60,195 nt of DNA, filler included, from Globobulimina sp. (GCA_003354225.1; 8 parts of 8 records of this genome joined end to end with filler, not necessarily neighbours in it); one strand, 5' to 3'; positions 12,702 through 25,806 are shown, numbered from the whole stretch's first letter. Made by a program: numbers and translations. The notes: a model not told the origin generated them from the letters alone.

Positions 12702-13829
12702 TTAAGATCCAGACGACAAAATATGCTTCAAATGAATACAAAAATGGTTTTTTTGTTGATCAGGCCAACCTCTTTCCATCCAATGGATAGTTTCCTGATC
12801 ATACCAATCAGCGATCAGTCTGATAATATCGCTACTTATACTCGACGTGTTTTTGTTTAGCTTATATTTCCTGATCCAGCCAACAACCAACATTTGATAT
12901 CTTTGGCTGGAGCCAATTCCAATGATATGATGATATCCTTTCTTTGGACAACGAACATTACTTTGTCTAAATTTATAATCATTATCTCTTATATCTAATA
13001 TATGCACCAGATCCACATCGTTGTGCTCTTTATCTTTTCCACCAAAAATAACAATAAAATATCCATCTGATGTTAACACCGTTGATGCACAGTAAAAATC
13101 AAATGTTATTCCCTGTATTTTATTCCATTTATTTGATACTAAGCAATATCCCCAAACATTACTTATCATTTCCTCATCATTCCAACCACCAATTAATAAA
13201 ATCATTTTTTTCCATGCAATATACACCAATGACGTTCCATAAATTTCAGTATATTCCTTAAAACGATGTATTTGGTGAAATGAATGATTTATATCATTCC
13301 ATATTAAATGTTTCGAGTCCCCTTCATTTCCGATTCGATGTATTATTCCATTTACATTTAGTAAACCCGGATAAAGTCCGATTTGATGGTTTGGATTCAA
13401 ATAAGTTTCAAATTGTTTTGTTTTTGTATTAATGATTGTCATTAAATTATCATTTCCTGATAAATATAATTTGTTCATATGGTGTACTGCCACCATTCTC
13501 TGTCCTGATAGTTCCAAACCAAATGGATATTTAATGAATTGATGCCATTCTTGTTTATGAATATTGTATTTATAGATCCAATGTGTTTGATTCTTATATG
13601 TATCTGACGCGATTATAAATTCATTATCATTTAATTTAACGGCATTTCCTCGCAAAATATTTGTAGGAATATATTCGAGTGAATTCCAATGTTTATTAAG
13701 TACTATGTTATTATCTACGAATGAAACGTTAGCTTCTTCAGCGTCAATGTATTCGTAAATGAGGTTATTTGTAGTGTTATCATGTGATAAATTAAAGTTA
13801 TTTTGCGTATCATTGGTTTGTGAGTTCAT
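12702..13829 (-). CDS. Kelch-type beta-propeller protein
   Basis: Repeated GG-containing blades (ILLIGGW, IVIFGGK, IHRIG) with Trp at blade ends; C-terminal LVVGWIR...DIIRLIADWY motif. Confidence 0.8.
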   Translation of the reverse strand: MNSQTNDTQNNFNLSHDNTTNNLIYEYIDAEEANVSFVDNNIVLNKHWNSLEYIPTNILRGNAVKLNDNEFIIASDTYKNQTHWIYKYNIHKQEWHQFIKYPFGLELSGQRMVAVHHMNKLYLSGNDNLMTIINTKTKQFETYLNPNHQIGLYPGLLNVNGIIHRIGNEGDSKHLIWNDINHSFHQIHRFKEYTEIYGTSLVYIAWKKMILLIGGWNDEEMISNVWGYCLVSNKWNKIQGITFDFYCASTVLTSDGYFIVIFGGKDKEHNDVDLVHILDIRDNDYKFRQSNVRCPKKGYHHIIGIGSSQRYQMLVVGWIRKYKLNKNTSSISSDIIRLIADWYDQETIHWMERGWPDQQKNHFCIHLKHILSSGS

Positions 13830-14032
13830 GTTGAATTTAGTATTTCACAAAAAAACTTTCTTTGCTTGAGTATAAGTATTAAACTCATGCTTCATCTGAA
13901 ATTCCTGCACATATCAATCATTATTTTGTTCAAAACTGGATCCTATGCACAAATAACACCAGGTTAATTTGTAATGTTTGATGCAGATACTCATACCATT
14001 GCCATTCCAAATATAAAATAGCACCAACTTCA

Positions 14033-14582
14033 TTGTACAATAATATACACTTCGTCTGCGATTATAATGATAATGAACCAAACTACTATGCAATGTCAGT
14101 AACACTATCCGAGTATGCAGAGTTAATGATAAATGCAATATTATCCAGTATAGAAGCGGTATCCGTATACTCGCCAATATACAACAACGACAATAATCGT
14201 GTAGGAATTACAGATTTTCAGATATGTTCAGTGTTCAATGAGGTCAAATTAAAGTATCATTGTCAATCTTTTCAACTAAACACAAACGCGTCATTCTCTG
14301 CTATTGGTACATTTGCGATCATTAATGCTGATTTAAATGGCTTTAAAAACTTGCTTTTAATGCTACACATTGCGTTTTCCCAGTTTTTTTTGCGACACGA
14401 TAGTGACTATTTTAAAATGCCATCCTTGTTCGACTAGTTTTCTAAAATGCCATCACAGTGATGTTTTTTCAGAGTTTATGAGAGGAATTCATGCAGCATG
14501 TCAAGCCAACACACAAATAAGATTGAACTGGAATCGAAAGGACATCTTATGGCATCATATATATACTAAAATATGTGGATAG
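14033..14582 (+). pseudogene. Possible degraded coding sequence
   Basis: A 134-aa ORF followed by short broken frames with no clear splice signals; no family recognised. Confidence 0.25.
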
Positions 14583-14836
14583 GATTTATCCAGATTGAAA
14601 CTTATGTAAATATGAAATTGGTGATTATTTGTGATTATTTGTGATGTGCCATATTCCAATGTCATACGCATTTTCGCATAAATATTGTGCACATAATGTC
14701 ACCAGCTGGTGGCAAGTAATGATATTTTAGTTTTAATGAATATTTGAGGGGAATATGGAAGCAATAGGTAGAAAAGAACAAGGTTGAAAGATGACTGTTC
14801 TCTTGTCAATTGCAAGGTTCGTTTTGATGAAAAATA

Positions 14837-14985
14837 TTAATTAAGTTCGTATTTGCGCATAAATGCCGCAATTTTTTTTGATATATCCTTGCACCTTAGT
14901 AACTACTGAAACTGTTAACAGTTCAAAAAGAAATAAATATCAAATGAAAATTGCGGAATTTATGCGCAAATACCAATTTAATTAA
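14837..14985. mobile_element. MITE-like foldback element with ~50-bp imperfect inverted repeats
   Basis: ttaattaagttcgtatttgcgcataaatgccgcaatttt (from 14837) is mirrored by aaaattgcggaatttatgcgcaaataccaatttaattaa (ending 14985). Confidence 0.7.
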
Positions 14986-15011
14986 ATAAAAATAAATATG
15001 TTTTATAACAA

Positions 15012-15111
15012 NNNNNNNNNNNNNNNNNNNNNNNNNNNNNNNNNNNNNNNNNNNNTTAATTAATTAANNNNNNNNNNNNNNNNNNNNNNNNNNNNNNNNN
15101 NNNNNNNNNNN
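15012..15111. other. Artificial contig linker
   Basis: 44 N + TTAATTAATTAA + 44 N. Confidence 0.98.
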
Positions 15112-15840
15112 ATCGAAATATGGAACTCATTGAATTGTATTCAAGCCTTTCAAACCATCAATAAATCATTATCAGCGGTGTCCTTCTTAATCGCACAAGG
15201 TTTAAATAGTGACATATCGCATGAAATATTTTTATTATTATGGGAAAATACAAAGTTTCCACCGACATTATCTTTAACAAAAGAAAAAGTTGAAGATGAA
15301 TTAATGGATATGTTATGGAAAAAATTATGTACAAAATGTGATTTATTGCATGAAAATATATCACCATTGTTTACGCCATATATTTTGACTGATTTTTTTA
15401 GTTTAATTTGTTTAGATTTTATTAAATTATTAATACCAAAAAGATTAAAATATGTATTAAATTTGAATCAATTGACAAGGATTGAATATGCAATTGATGA
15501 AATCCAAAATTTTTTATTAGATTGTTATAATATTTCACCTGTATTGATTGACGAAAATGAAAATTTATATAAATTAAGGCATATATTAACTATACAACTA
15601 TCGGGAGCAACGTATCTAATCAAACATCATAAGGAATTATACAAAGATGAAGATTTTAATGATAAATATCAATTACAAAATGAACCATTTTTAGGTCCAA
15701 AATCGTTATGGCTAATTATTAAACATAGAGCAAAACATCATAAACATGACCAGCTCTTAATTAGATACTTTGAAACCCATTCTGGCATAAAGGCACAATT
15801 TAAATCGTTTACAAACGCTGTTAGAAATCGATGGGGATAA
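15112..15840 (+). CDS. 3' fragment of a hypothetical helical protein
   Basis: Frame is open from the contig start for ~240 codons; no motif recognised. Confidence 0.5.
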   Translation: MEIWNSLNCIQAFQTINKSLSAVSFLIAQGLNSDISHEIFLLLWENTKFPPTLSLTKEKVEDELMDMLWKKLCTKCDLLHENISPLFTPYILTDFFSLICLDFIKLLIPKRLKYVLNLNQLTRIEYAIDEIQNFLLDCYNISPVLIDENENLYKLRHILTIQLSGATYLIKHHKELYKDEDFNDKYQLQNEPFLGPKSLWLIIKHRAKHHKHDQLLIRYFETHSGIKAQFKSFTNAVRNRWG

Positions 15841-15986
15841 TTTTATAAATACATTGTCTGAATCAAAGTTGTTAATGTGCAATTAATTTGTTTTATTTTT
15901 TCAGAAACTTTAAAGCATATGCTTTTGCTTTGAGCAATGTTTTGTGTCAAAACTTTTTTTCTTAGAAAAACTCGTCTTCGTGAAAC

Positions 15987-16289
15987 ATGTCGCAAACTTG
16001 CACTCCTCAACAATTATGGAAAGAATATCAAAAATTAAACACTAAATTCATGAAAACAACAGAACATATTGACCAATTACAACAGGAATTGGAAAAATTA
16101 AGTCAAAATAAATGGCAGCAGATTTGTACTAAATCTTTACATAATATCAGGAATGAAATTGTTTTCTTACAAATGAAAGATAAGAAATTATCGTCTGAAA
16201 ATGGAACATTGTCCATTGAAATTGATAATTATAAAAAAGAGGTTCGACAGTTACAAAAGCAACGAACCCAATTATTGGAATCAAAATAA
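15987..16289 (+). CDS. Small coiled-coil protein
   Basis: 100-aa ATG ORF with heptad-like Q/E/K/L pattern. Confidence 0.5.
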   Translation: MSQTCTPQQLWKEYQKLNTKFMKTTEHIDQLQQELEKLSQNKWQQICTKSLHNIRNEIVFLQMKDKKLSSENGTLSIEIDNYKKEVRQLQKQRTQLLESK

Positions 16290-16443
16290 AATTCTTGATT
16301 GATTTAATGATCATTCAATTCAAAAAAACTAATCTAATGTTATTATGTATTGTGTGCAAGGATTTAAATGACGCTTGTTGTAATTATAAGTTGTAGGCAA
16401 TTTATCATTAAATACATCGAGCAAACAAAACAAAGTCTTATGT

Positions 16444-19404
16444 TCAATGTCTTATCCATAATAGAATGATTAAGATGATAATCAAAATTATCAATGCAAT
16501 ATTTTCAACATTTAAATCTTTGGCATACTGATTGAAATAACTATAATCATACTGATTGAAATATTTTTTTATATCTAAATGAAGATATGTATTAGACATC
16601 GTATCAATATCATTTACAAATCCTTGTAAATACAATAATGTTAAATAAATATAACACGCAACATTGCCATTCGGACCAGTGGATAATGATAAATCGTAAT
16701 ATCTTTTTGCCATTGAAAAATCTTTTTTTTTACCAATTCCGTATTGATGCATATATCCCAAATTAAACATACTCTGCGCATTCGGACCTAATGTATTTTC
16801 TGCTGACATTTCATAATAAATACCTGCCTCTTCAAAACGGGATATATTTTCACTCGCATTGTTGGAACTGGTTTGTAAGTAATTATAATAATAATAATCA
16901 CCAACAATTCGTTGCGAGTCTGCATTGTTTTGTGTTGCACTCCATTCAAAATATTTAAATGCAGTTTTACGTGAGATTTGTTTAATATCATTACCATTAT
17001 CATCCCCATCCCCATCCTCATGATCATCACCATTTGTATCATTATCCATAATTAATAACATATTCTGTGACACCAAATTCCGTTTTAATAACCATCCAAC
17101 ATTTGATTGTGCAATTTCAAAGCCTTGAATTGATAATTTTGAATATATAAAAAATGCCTCATCGTAGTTATTATTTAAATAATTTGAGCGGGCCACTGAT
17201 AATTCCTTTGCAATGTGTGTTCTTTCCGCAGCCATTTTGAATAAATCAACTGCCATTTTACATGATTTGGCAGTCACCAAACCATTCAAATGCATATAAC
17301 CGGCATAATACAATGACTGTGGATGTCCGCGGCGTGATGCGGTCATAAAACATTCGAATGCATCAGCAAAGGATTTCTTTTTTTGTTTTGTACCAATGCC
17401 ATTAAAATACATTAAACCTAAATAAAATATGGCAGATAAATCCTGTCTTTTGGCTGCATATTTAAAATATTCAAAAGCAGCCGTGTTATTTTTATATTTC
17501 TCGTCTTCTAAATAAATAAATGCCATTCCGGTATGGCCAGATATTGATTTTAATGAAATTGCTTTTTTATAATATCCAATAGCTTTTGGGATATTTTTTG
17601 CAATCTTTAACTCTTTAATTCCATCCACATAAATATTGCCTAACATCGCGTACGCATCGCCATGATTTTGTGCCGATGCTAAATCAAAATAATTCATTGC
17701 TAAATTAAAGTTTTGTTTAAATCCACGCAAACCATAATAATATAATTGACCCAACGCCATTTGTGCATTGGCATCGCCATTATCTGCATGCGAATGATAA
17801 AAACGTATCACTTCATCGGTCTCTTCCATTGGTAAATCTCGCCGATTCACATCATACAAACGTATCATCTCTATGTTATGGTTGAGACTGTCAAATGGCT
17901 TCTTATCACCAAATAATGTGTTCCCTGCTTTTTCATAATATTCTGCCGCTATTTGACATGATTTTGGCACGCCATAACCATATAAATGTCGGTATCCTAA
18001 TGCTAAATTGCTCTGTAATAATCCAGACAAACTACTAAAATATAAATATAATACAGCCATATCTTGACGTTGTGAGGTTGTATAAATATGGGCGAGATTA
18101 AATTTTGCCTCATGATTACCTTAAAAATAAACATTATCCGACGCAGTTTATTCATTTGTTGGCAAAAACATACCTAAAAATGATGAACGTAAAAAATACT
18201 GTTCAGCTATGCTTGCATTTCCATATAGTATCAATTTCTCACCCATTTCATTCAATTTTCTTGCTTCGTCATAACTGTCTAATGTTAAATCTTGACTATA
18301 AATTAATGATAAATTATTTATTTCTATATTGAAATATTTACTATTCGACGTCGACATGTATTTTATATCATTATTATTGTCATCATTTGATTTTGATTTA
18401 CAAACTCGACATGATTTTCTACAATGAATCATAGCAAAGGATGGATTCAATTGACATTGTTGATTTTTTGCTAAAATATGACAATCATTTCTATCATCCA
18501 TACATGCTTTTTGTGGATAAAATATGTAAATGGATGGTATGGAGGGATGAATGGCGCCATCCGCATACTTTACAGTGTATGAGTCTGAAATGTTGCTGTA
18601 ATTTGTAATTGTTGCTGGCCATATTACATTGCCTAAATTGGTTAATTTTAATCTGTCCGCAGGCCAATACGCATCCACTTCACTACCAATTGGGTACCGG
18701 ATTGCTTTTATTTTTGTATTATTATAATATCCAACTGTTCCATCATTAAATTGTATTATGCCAACTCCAGTTATAATATTCATTATTATGCCAACTTTAT
18801 TGTTAATTTTAACTCTTTGTCCAATTGCAATCTGCGGCATTTTATCTACCAATGGCAATGCATTGTTATTATTGGGTGTTTCATCATATTTGTGATTAAA
18901 TAATGGAACAGAAACAAAAGTAAAATTTAATTTATTTTTATCTGATAATATTAATGATGGGGTATTTGGTGAGAATGGTATTAAATTTAAATCAGAGTTA
19001 TCAGAGTGAATAAATTCAATCGTAATATACGAATTTTTAAATGTTAAATGGTATACATTTGAGGAGGATGATGATGGAATTGATATAAGTTTGATTCGTT
19101 CATCATTTGGTTTATGGTTTTTATTTGTTTTTAATTTTTTTATTGTGTTTGTGGTAGATTCAAAAAACAAATCATATGATGATAAATCAAATTGAGATGA
19201 TTTGACACAGATTGGATTATCAAACACATCATTAATATTTACTAATTTTAATTGAGAATTTTTATTTTCTTCCTTTGTTGCACTGCATAAAATAAATGAT
19301 AAATACGGATTAATCAGTACCATAAAATGGCCATTATTGTTATTAGGGTCTGAACCAACAGAAATCAGCCATATCATAAATAAAGAAAGTACACTAAGTG
19401 ACAT
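16444..19404 (-). CDS. SEL1L/Hrd3-like ERAD membrane protein with Tudor-like and ShKT domains
   Basis: Signal peptide; ALGYRHLYGYGVPKSC; many Sel1 repeats (AQMALGQLYYYG, AQSMFNLGYMHQYGIG); C-terminal TM helix. Intron 18120-18173 joins the two ORFs in frame (FL|GNHEAKFNLA). Confidence 0.88.
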
Positions 19405-19697
19405 GATTTAACGAACAATCTGCACCACAATGATGTTGTGTTTTTAGTCTTACTGCTATGTGGGGTCAGTACAGAAAGTCTCAATTTACCGAAAGTCTCA
19501 ATTTACAAAAAGAAGAAGCGTAAAAATCTAAAAAATTGTGCCTCTTCAAACAAACACAAAACAAACAAACCAAACCAAACAAAAAGCAGTTATATTATAT
19601 ATATATAACATATTTTAATTAATTCCCAAATTCCAATATGGATTCAAGTTATCTATAAGATATATATATATTCATACTATACAGAAAAAAAAGAAAA

Positions 19698-22566
19698 TTA
19701 TTTTGAATTTATATTATCTACAGATTGCTGTAATTTTTTAATTAACACCCATGCATTTTCTTGATATTCAACTTGTGCTTCTTGCTCATGAAAGAAATCT
19801 TTAACATCTTGTCTAACCATTAGCGACTTTTGCAAATAATTTCGAAAATGTTTCCAACTCACTTTCTGAGCATGATGATGTTCAACAGTATCAAATAACC
19901 AATTTGCTTCATCCTGCGATGTAATATGTAACTCCAATTTCATTTTATCAATGGATAAATCCGCATCTTCCCCTTTATTATTCCTTCGAATGCAATCATC
20001 AATCACATGTTTGATTTTATTTAAAAACATAAAATACGACAAAATCTGTTTCCAACTCAACGACTGTTGATGTGCTCTCATAATATGAAATAACTGCACT
20101 GCCGCATGTCCATTCACATGCAACTGATGCTTCAACTGCGCGAACTCCTCACTCCTCAGTTCATAATTCCCTTCCACCTCATCCGACGAATCCAACAACT
20201 CATCAATCTCTTTAATAATCTTTCCGTGGATAAAGGGAGTTAATATGTAAATCAAATCAAACTCCTTATGGCACTGATTAAATATCCATCGAATCTCTCG
20301 ATCCCTTTTCTGAATATGTCTCAAATACTGCGGTGTGGTAAAACTCTTTTCCTTATAACACTGATTACCAAAATACTTTGCAAAAAATTGCGCATACGAT
20401 CCAATCTTCTTCTTTTTCATCGTTTCCTCCAATTTAAAAAATGCCTCCTCATCCCCACCATCTTCCAGCTCATCATAATTATGCAGCATTGCCACCAAAT
20501 ATGAATTACTTTCCAACCATCGTCGAAATGAACGTAAAAACCGCATCAATTGTTGCAATGTTATCCGATGCTCATATTTCTTCAACATTATATCATAAAC
20601 AGTCTTGTATTTCTTATTCATTTTCTTAACCTCTACAAATTGCTTATACTGCTTTTTCTCCTCAGTTTTCTCCTCTTCTTCCTGCTGTACACGTTCTTTA
20701 TTCTCTTCCTCAATCTTACCATGCTTCTCCTCCACTAAACAGATCGCCACACTCGCAATGCGCGCAAATAAATCCGCCGGATATTCCTCCTCATCCTTAT
20801 CCTCATCCTCCTCCTCCTCGCCATCATCTTCCTTGTAATCACTCTTATGCTGCGTTACAATTTTATGTCCATCCACTTTCGGTACATAACCATCCGAAAT
20901 CTTACTGACAAACTGTGAAAAATTCGCCACATTAATCAACATATACTGCAACTTTGGATTCTTTGGTTTTTTCTTACTTTTCAAATCTTTCTTTTTCTTT
21001 GAATTTACAGCCTCGCTGTTTTCGTCATCCTCATCCTCATCCTCCTCTTCCTCTTCCTTCTCATCCATATCCTTATGAACCCTTTTCCATTTCATTAATT
21101 TTGCCCTGTATTTGGGCAAATTCTTTCGCCGCCGATCTTCGTCTTTCTGTACCCGACGCATTAAATAATTCTTTATCCGAACCAAGTGCCCAGCTCGCAT
21201 ATCATCGACGTCATTGATCAAATGTATCACAGTCTGTCGCAACTCACCCAATGTCACATAATTCTGCTCCGTATCTAATACATTCTGAAACAAAGTGCTC
21301 GCCTCTTTGGCAGTTTTGCTCCATTTCTCCACATCCATACCCGGGTGGAAATTATCCCGATCACAAAACTTCTGAAACACTGGACGTGTCACCACAAACT
21401 CGTCGGCGCGTGCATTAATTATATCTTCTAAATTACAAAAAACACGATAATATAACAAGACAATGCTCACTACGTCTTCCACAGTCATATAATTATGTCC
21501 TTTTTGGTGCTCTGATAAGTCATACACCAAACGGATCTGATGGTATATATTTTCAATATCTCCGTAATTGGGTTTGCTCTGTACATCAATTACATGCTCC
21601 GCATCATATTTAATCGTAGTTAGAATCTCATTTAATTTCTCTTTGGTGCATTCTTGTGTCAATGAAGTAGGTTTGAAGATGATATAGCGACATAATTGCG
21701 AATAGATGAAATGCAAAGCAATGTTATTGCGAAAGCCCAAAGGTAATTTATGCTGATAATGCTCCATTGTGCTGGAGGTTACTTTGGGTTTCCTCTTGCG
21801 TCCAAAACGAATTTGATCAAAGATAAAACCGACTACTTTGGCGACGGTGGAGGCAGTCACACGGTTTGTGTGCAATAGTTTTATCCGTTGCTGGTTGCGA
21901 TGTAATTGTTTTTTTTTTGCAATGCGGAGCAATTCACGTTTTTCATGGTCATGGTCACTTTCCGCATCATGCCCAGTTTCTTTGCGTTTTTTGAGGAAAC
22001 GTTCCATTTCTAATTGACGGAGTTTATGTTTTTCACGTTCTTCTTTGTTATGTTTGCCATCGGCTTCGTCTTCAGAGGATGTATGGTCGTCTTTTAAGGA
22101 ACGTTCATGTCCTTGCCATTCTTCTTCGTCTTCATCGGATTCAGAGTCTGAACTAAAATCAGAATCGGATTCACTTCGTTTTTCATCGAGTTTCATGAAT
22201 TTTACGTTTCTTACGGTTTTTGCACGTTCCATTTTATCGCGTTTCTTTTTTTTATAAAATTGTTCCATTATATGCCGTTTATCCACGATTTTGTTTTTGA
22301 ATTTGTCAAATACTTCACGAATTAATTGTTTTTTGGTCACGTAAATATGTGGATTATAATCTAACATCTTGGATTTTACCAATGCACGTAACAAATACAC
22401 TATTTTTAAAAAGTTCCTGTATACATTTCATGTGTGAATGTGATTAATGTATTGATAATGTGTAGAAAATAGAGCTTTTACTAATGCAAACCTGACGGTC
22501 CATAGCTTAATAATGTCCGTCTCCTGTTTCATGGCTCTGAAAAATGGTAAAGCCACAATACTGGTC
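19698..22566 (-). CDS. Large charged protein with degenerate EF-hand-like repeats, 5' end truncated
   Basis: 900-aa ORF with acidic and basic tracts and helix-loop-helix patterns (LFQNVLDTEQNYVTLGEL, LFDTVEHHHAQKVSWKHF). Probably spliced to an upstream exon at the contig end. Confidence 0.6.
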
Positions 22567-22666
22567 NNNNNNNNNNNNNNNNNNNNNNNNNNNNNNNNNN
22601 NNNNNNNNNNTTAATTAATTAANNNNNNNNNNNNNNNNNNNNNNNNNNNNNNNNNNNNNNNNNNNN
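22567..22666. other. Artificial contig linker
   Basis: 44 N + TTAATTAATTAA + 44 N. Confidence 0.98.
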
Positions 22667-24026
22667 CTTCCCATTGGTAGCTATTATTTAACAGCATGCG
22701 CATTTTATGGACATTTGCTATTGCCATCTGCTCTCAGTCTTAAATCTTTACAAAATGATACGGTGGCACCATTATTAAATTTTATGCACAGTCAATGCAG
22801 CATTGATTGGATCTCTTTCCTATTATATACACTCTGGTTTTTCATACAATTGTTAGCGGACAGGATATTGCCTGGGAAAGTTGTATATGGCCAAACTGTG
22901 CCAGAGCTGAAGGATAAATCATTGAAATACAAAATGAATGGCTGGAAAGCCTGGGTATTGACACATTTGTTAATCATTTTGCTGCTGATATGTAACCAAA
23001 ATGTGACAGGATTAATAGTTGACAGACTGTACAGTATAATGAGTGTGGCTCAAATCTATGCATTGGTGACAGCAATAATAGCTTATGTTGTTGGTTATTG
23101 CTCAGACTTAGGCTGCAGATTAAGTGGTTCTTTTATTTACGATTTTTGGATGGGATATGCTCGCATTCCGCGTATTGCTCAGTTTGATATGAAATTATTT
23201 TGTGAGGCACGTCCTGGATTACAATTGTGGATTATTATTGATTTTGCATTATTTTATCGTCATTATCTAACATATAATTTGATTGACTGGCAAATGTTTG
23301 TCATATTTGTAATGCAATGGTTTTATATCTCAGATTATTTTTGGTTCGAAGATGCTATATTGACCACAATGGATGTAATTCATGATAAGTTTGGATTTAT
23401 GTTAGCTTTTGGTGACATTGTTTGGGTGCCATGGACATATTCATTGCAAATACAATGTCTATATTTTTATTATAGACGCAACCCAAACCATAGGGAATTA
23501 GGACAAGATATTGTATTATGGACATGGTTGACTGTTGTTTGTATGATGTTTATTTTCGGATATTTGATGTTAGGTTTATTTGGATTTTCTAACATAACTA
23601 TAATAGGCATACATTCACCTAAAAATATATAGATTTCGGCAATCAAACAATCAAAAGCATCGCTTTCGACATTTAGGTGCAGATCGCGTAAAGTCTGCGA
23701 ATAATAAAATATGGGGGAGAGACATTGAATATATTGAAACAAAGAGAGGAACAAAACTATTGGCATCTGGCTGGTGGGGCATTGGGAGGCATATGAATTA
23801 CACCGGAGATTGGTTGATGTCAACTGCTCAGTCGTTATGTTGCGACAATTTTTTATTCAGCTTATCACCAAAGTTTATATTGGCATATTTTAATCCGATT
23901 TATTTTGCAATTTTGTTAATTCATCGGGAACGGAGAGATAATTTGCGCTGTAAAATGAAATATGGTGTGGATTGGGATAGATACTGTGAAAAAGTAAAGT
24001 ATAAAATGATTCCATACGTTTATTAA
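22667..24026 (+). CDS. ERG4/ERG24-family sterol reductase (delta-14 reductase/LBR-like), 5' end truncated
   Basis: Motifs YKMNG, FDMKLFCEARPG, TMDVIHDKFGFMLAFGD, GWWGIGRHMNY.GD and LLIHRERRD...C..KYG..W..YC.KV. Intron 23569-23632 restores IFRQSNNQK. Confidence 0.93.
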
Positions 24027-24213
24027 GGTAGTTTGCCAAATTGTCAGTGAATCACAAATGTACAGTTTGCAAACCCAATCAATGCATATACAAAATATAG
24101 ACCTTTTGTTCATTTACAATGCCAATTTTTTAGTGTAGGTAGTCATTTGTTCATTTAATGTCGACGGACCGGAATTAAATCAAGCATCAGAACTGGTTAC
24201 GTAGCTAAAAGCC

Positions 24214-24405
24214 AATTGAGGCTCTTAAAACAAAAATAAAATAAAAACAAAAAAACGTTGCTATATATATACAGGAGTATAGCATTTATACCTATCATGA
24301 GATGGGTGGGAAACCAATTTGGCCTCCATAGATAGTGTCTAACTATCCTGTGCATATTCATACTTTTTTTATTTTGTTTTTATTTTTGTTTTAACGGCCT
24401 CAATT
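24214..24405. mobile_element. MITE-like element with ~40-bp inverted repeats
   Basis: aattgaggctcttaaaacaaaaataaaa (from 24214) is mirrored by ttttatttttgttttaacggcctcaatt (ending 24405). Confidence 0.6.
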
Positions 24406-24576
24406 CAGCGCAATCAACGACAATAATAGCAGACAATGATAATAATAAATTAAAAATTAAAAATTAAAAATACAAAAATATACAAAATTAAATCATATAA
24501 AAAAAAATTATAAAGAGAAAAAAAAAGTCCATAGATCGATAAAAAAAAAAATTACTAAAATAAAATACACAAAATA

Positions 24577-25476
24577 TTACACGTATAAACTAAAAGAATG
24601 CATTTCATTTTCATGATCAGATTCTAAATTATGACTCATTTTATGAGCAGCCCTATTTTTCATGTTTTTGATTTTTAAGTTAATAATGTCATTTTTATTC
24701 ATACCACAGCCCTCAAATTCAAATTCTTCTTTTGCTTTTATATATTTTTTAAATGAAAAACAATTCAAATAACATAAGCATGCAATGAGTATTAATAATA
24801 TCACTGCCACAAATATACCGATCACAGAGGAGTTTGATAGGTGTTTTTTATACAGTTCGTGCAGAGTCAATTGTGATTTTTTTATATCGATATCATTCCA
24901 TCCATACACTTTTAAGTTAGTAACAGTTGCATTGGCGGGCCGATGCCACGGATCTCCACCATATACACTCTTGTTTCTGTATAAAGTATGTTTTCCAAAA
25001 TGTTGTTCCCAAACTATTGCTTTGTTGTTCATATTTATCATTAATAAGTTTTGTTTATATGCTATTTCAATATGATAATTTGTACCTAATTCAATAGGAT
25101 GATGTGTGGAAAATGTGTGGTGTGAATTGTCATCGTTTGTCACTCTAATTTTAAACCCATTGCGTGCGTTTTTGTTAATAAAAATGGATGGATAATTTTC
25201 AAATTTTTTAGAATTTCCAATATGGAACACATTCTGACTGAAACCATCAAATATTGAATGAATTATAATATCCATTGATATTATCAAATTGTCAAATATA
25301 TCAATCACAGTGATTTGATTATCTTCAGCGACGGTTATTGCATTAGATCCTTGTTCGTATGCAAATGATGCAAAGATTGGTGTATTAAATGTAGAGTTTG
25401 GTGCATGATCAAGTATGGATGTTATTGTTGCTTTTGATAAGGCAAAAGACAGCAACACAGTACACCATACAATCAT
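24577..25476 (-). CDS. Type I membrane protein with concanavalin/LamG-like ectodomain
   Basis: Signal peptide, beta-rich domain ending VYGGDPWHRPANATVTNL, one TM helix and a short tail. Confidence 0.7.
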   Translation of the reverse strand: MIVWCTVLLSFALSKATITSILDHAPNSTFNTPIFASFAYEQGSNAITVAEDNQITVIDIFDNLIISMDIIIHSIFDGFSQNVFHIGNSKKFENYPSIFINKNARNGFKIRVTNDDNSHHTFSTHHPIELGTNYHIEIAYKQNLLMINMNNKAIVWEQHFGKHTLYRNKSVYGGDPWHRPANATVTNLKVYGWNDIDIKKSQLTLHELYKKHLSNSSVIGIFVAVILLILIACLCYLNCFSFKKYIKAKEEFEFEGCGMNKNDIINLKIKNMKNRAAHKMSHNLESDHENEMHSFSLYV

Positions 25477-25566
25477 TTGCCTTGTATTGTGTTGCTAAAA
25501 TAGTGTTTAGACAGTGTCATGTTCAGAACAGTTTTGAACAAACATCTTAATAGAAAATGGTTTAAG

Positions 25567-25806
25567 GATATATTCCAAAAGATAACCCCCTCTCCTTAAT
25601 TGAAGCAACCACCTCAAACAAACAACAATTAAAGTTGTATACATTTTTATTCAATTATCTGAGAAACGCTTTGCAAATCTAGAAACTGTTTGCTATAGGT
25701 TTGTCTTGGTTTGTTCTGCATTTGTTGAAATTTGCAAACTGTTTCTCAGATAATTGAAAAAAATGAATACAACTTATCGACTAGGGGTTATCTTTTTGAA
25801 TATATC
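25567..25806. mobile_element. Foldback/MITE-like 240-bp hairpin element
   Basis: Outer arms gatatattccaaaagataacccc / ggggttatctttttgaatatatc. Inner ~46-bp arms aagttgtatacatttttattcaattatctgagaaac...ttgcaaat and its near-perfect reverse complement. Confidence 0.75.
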
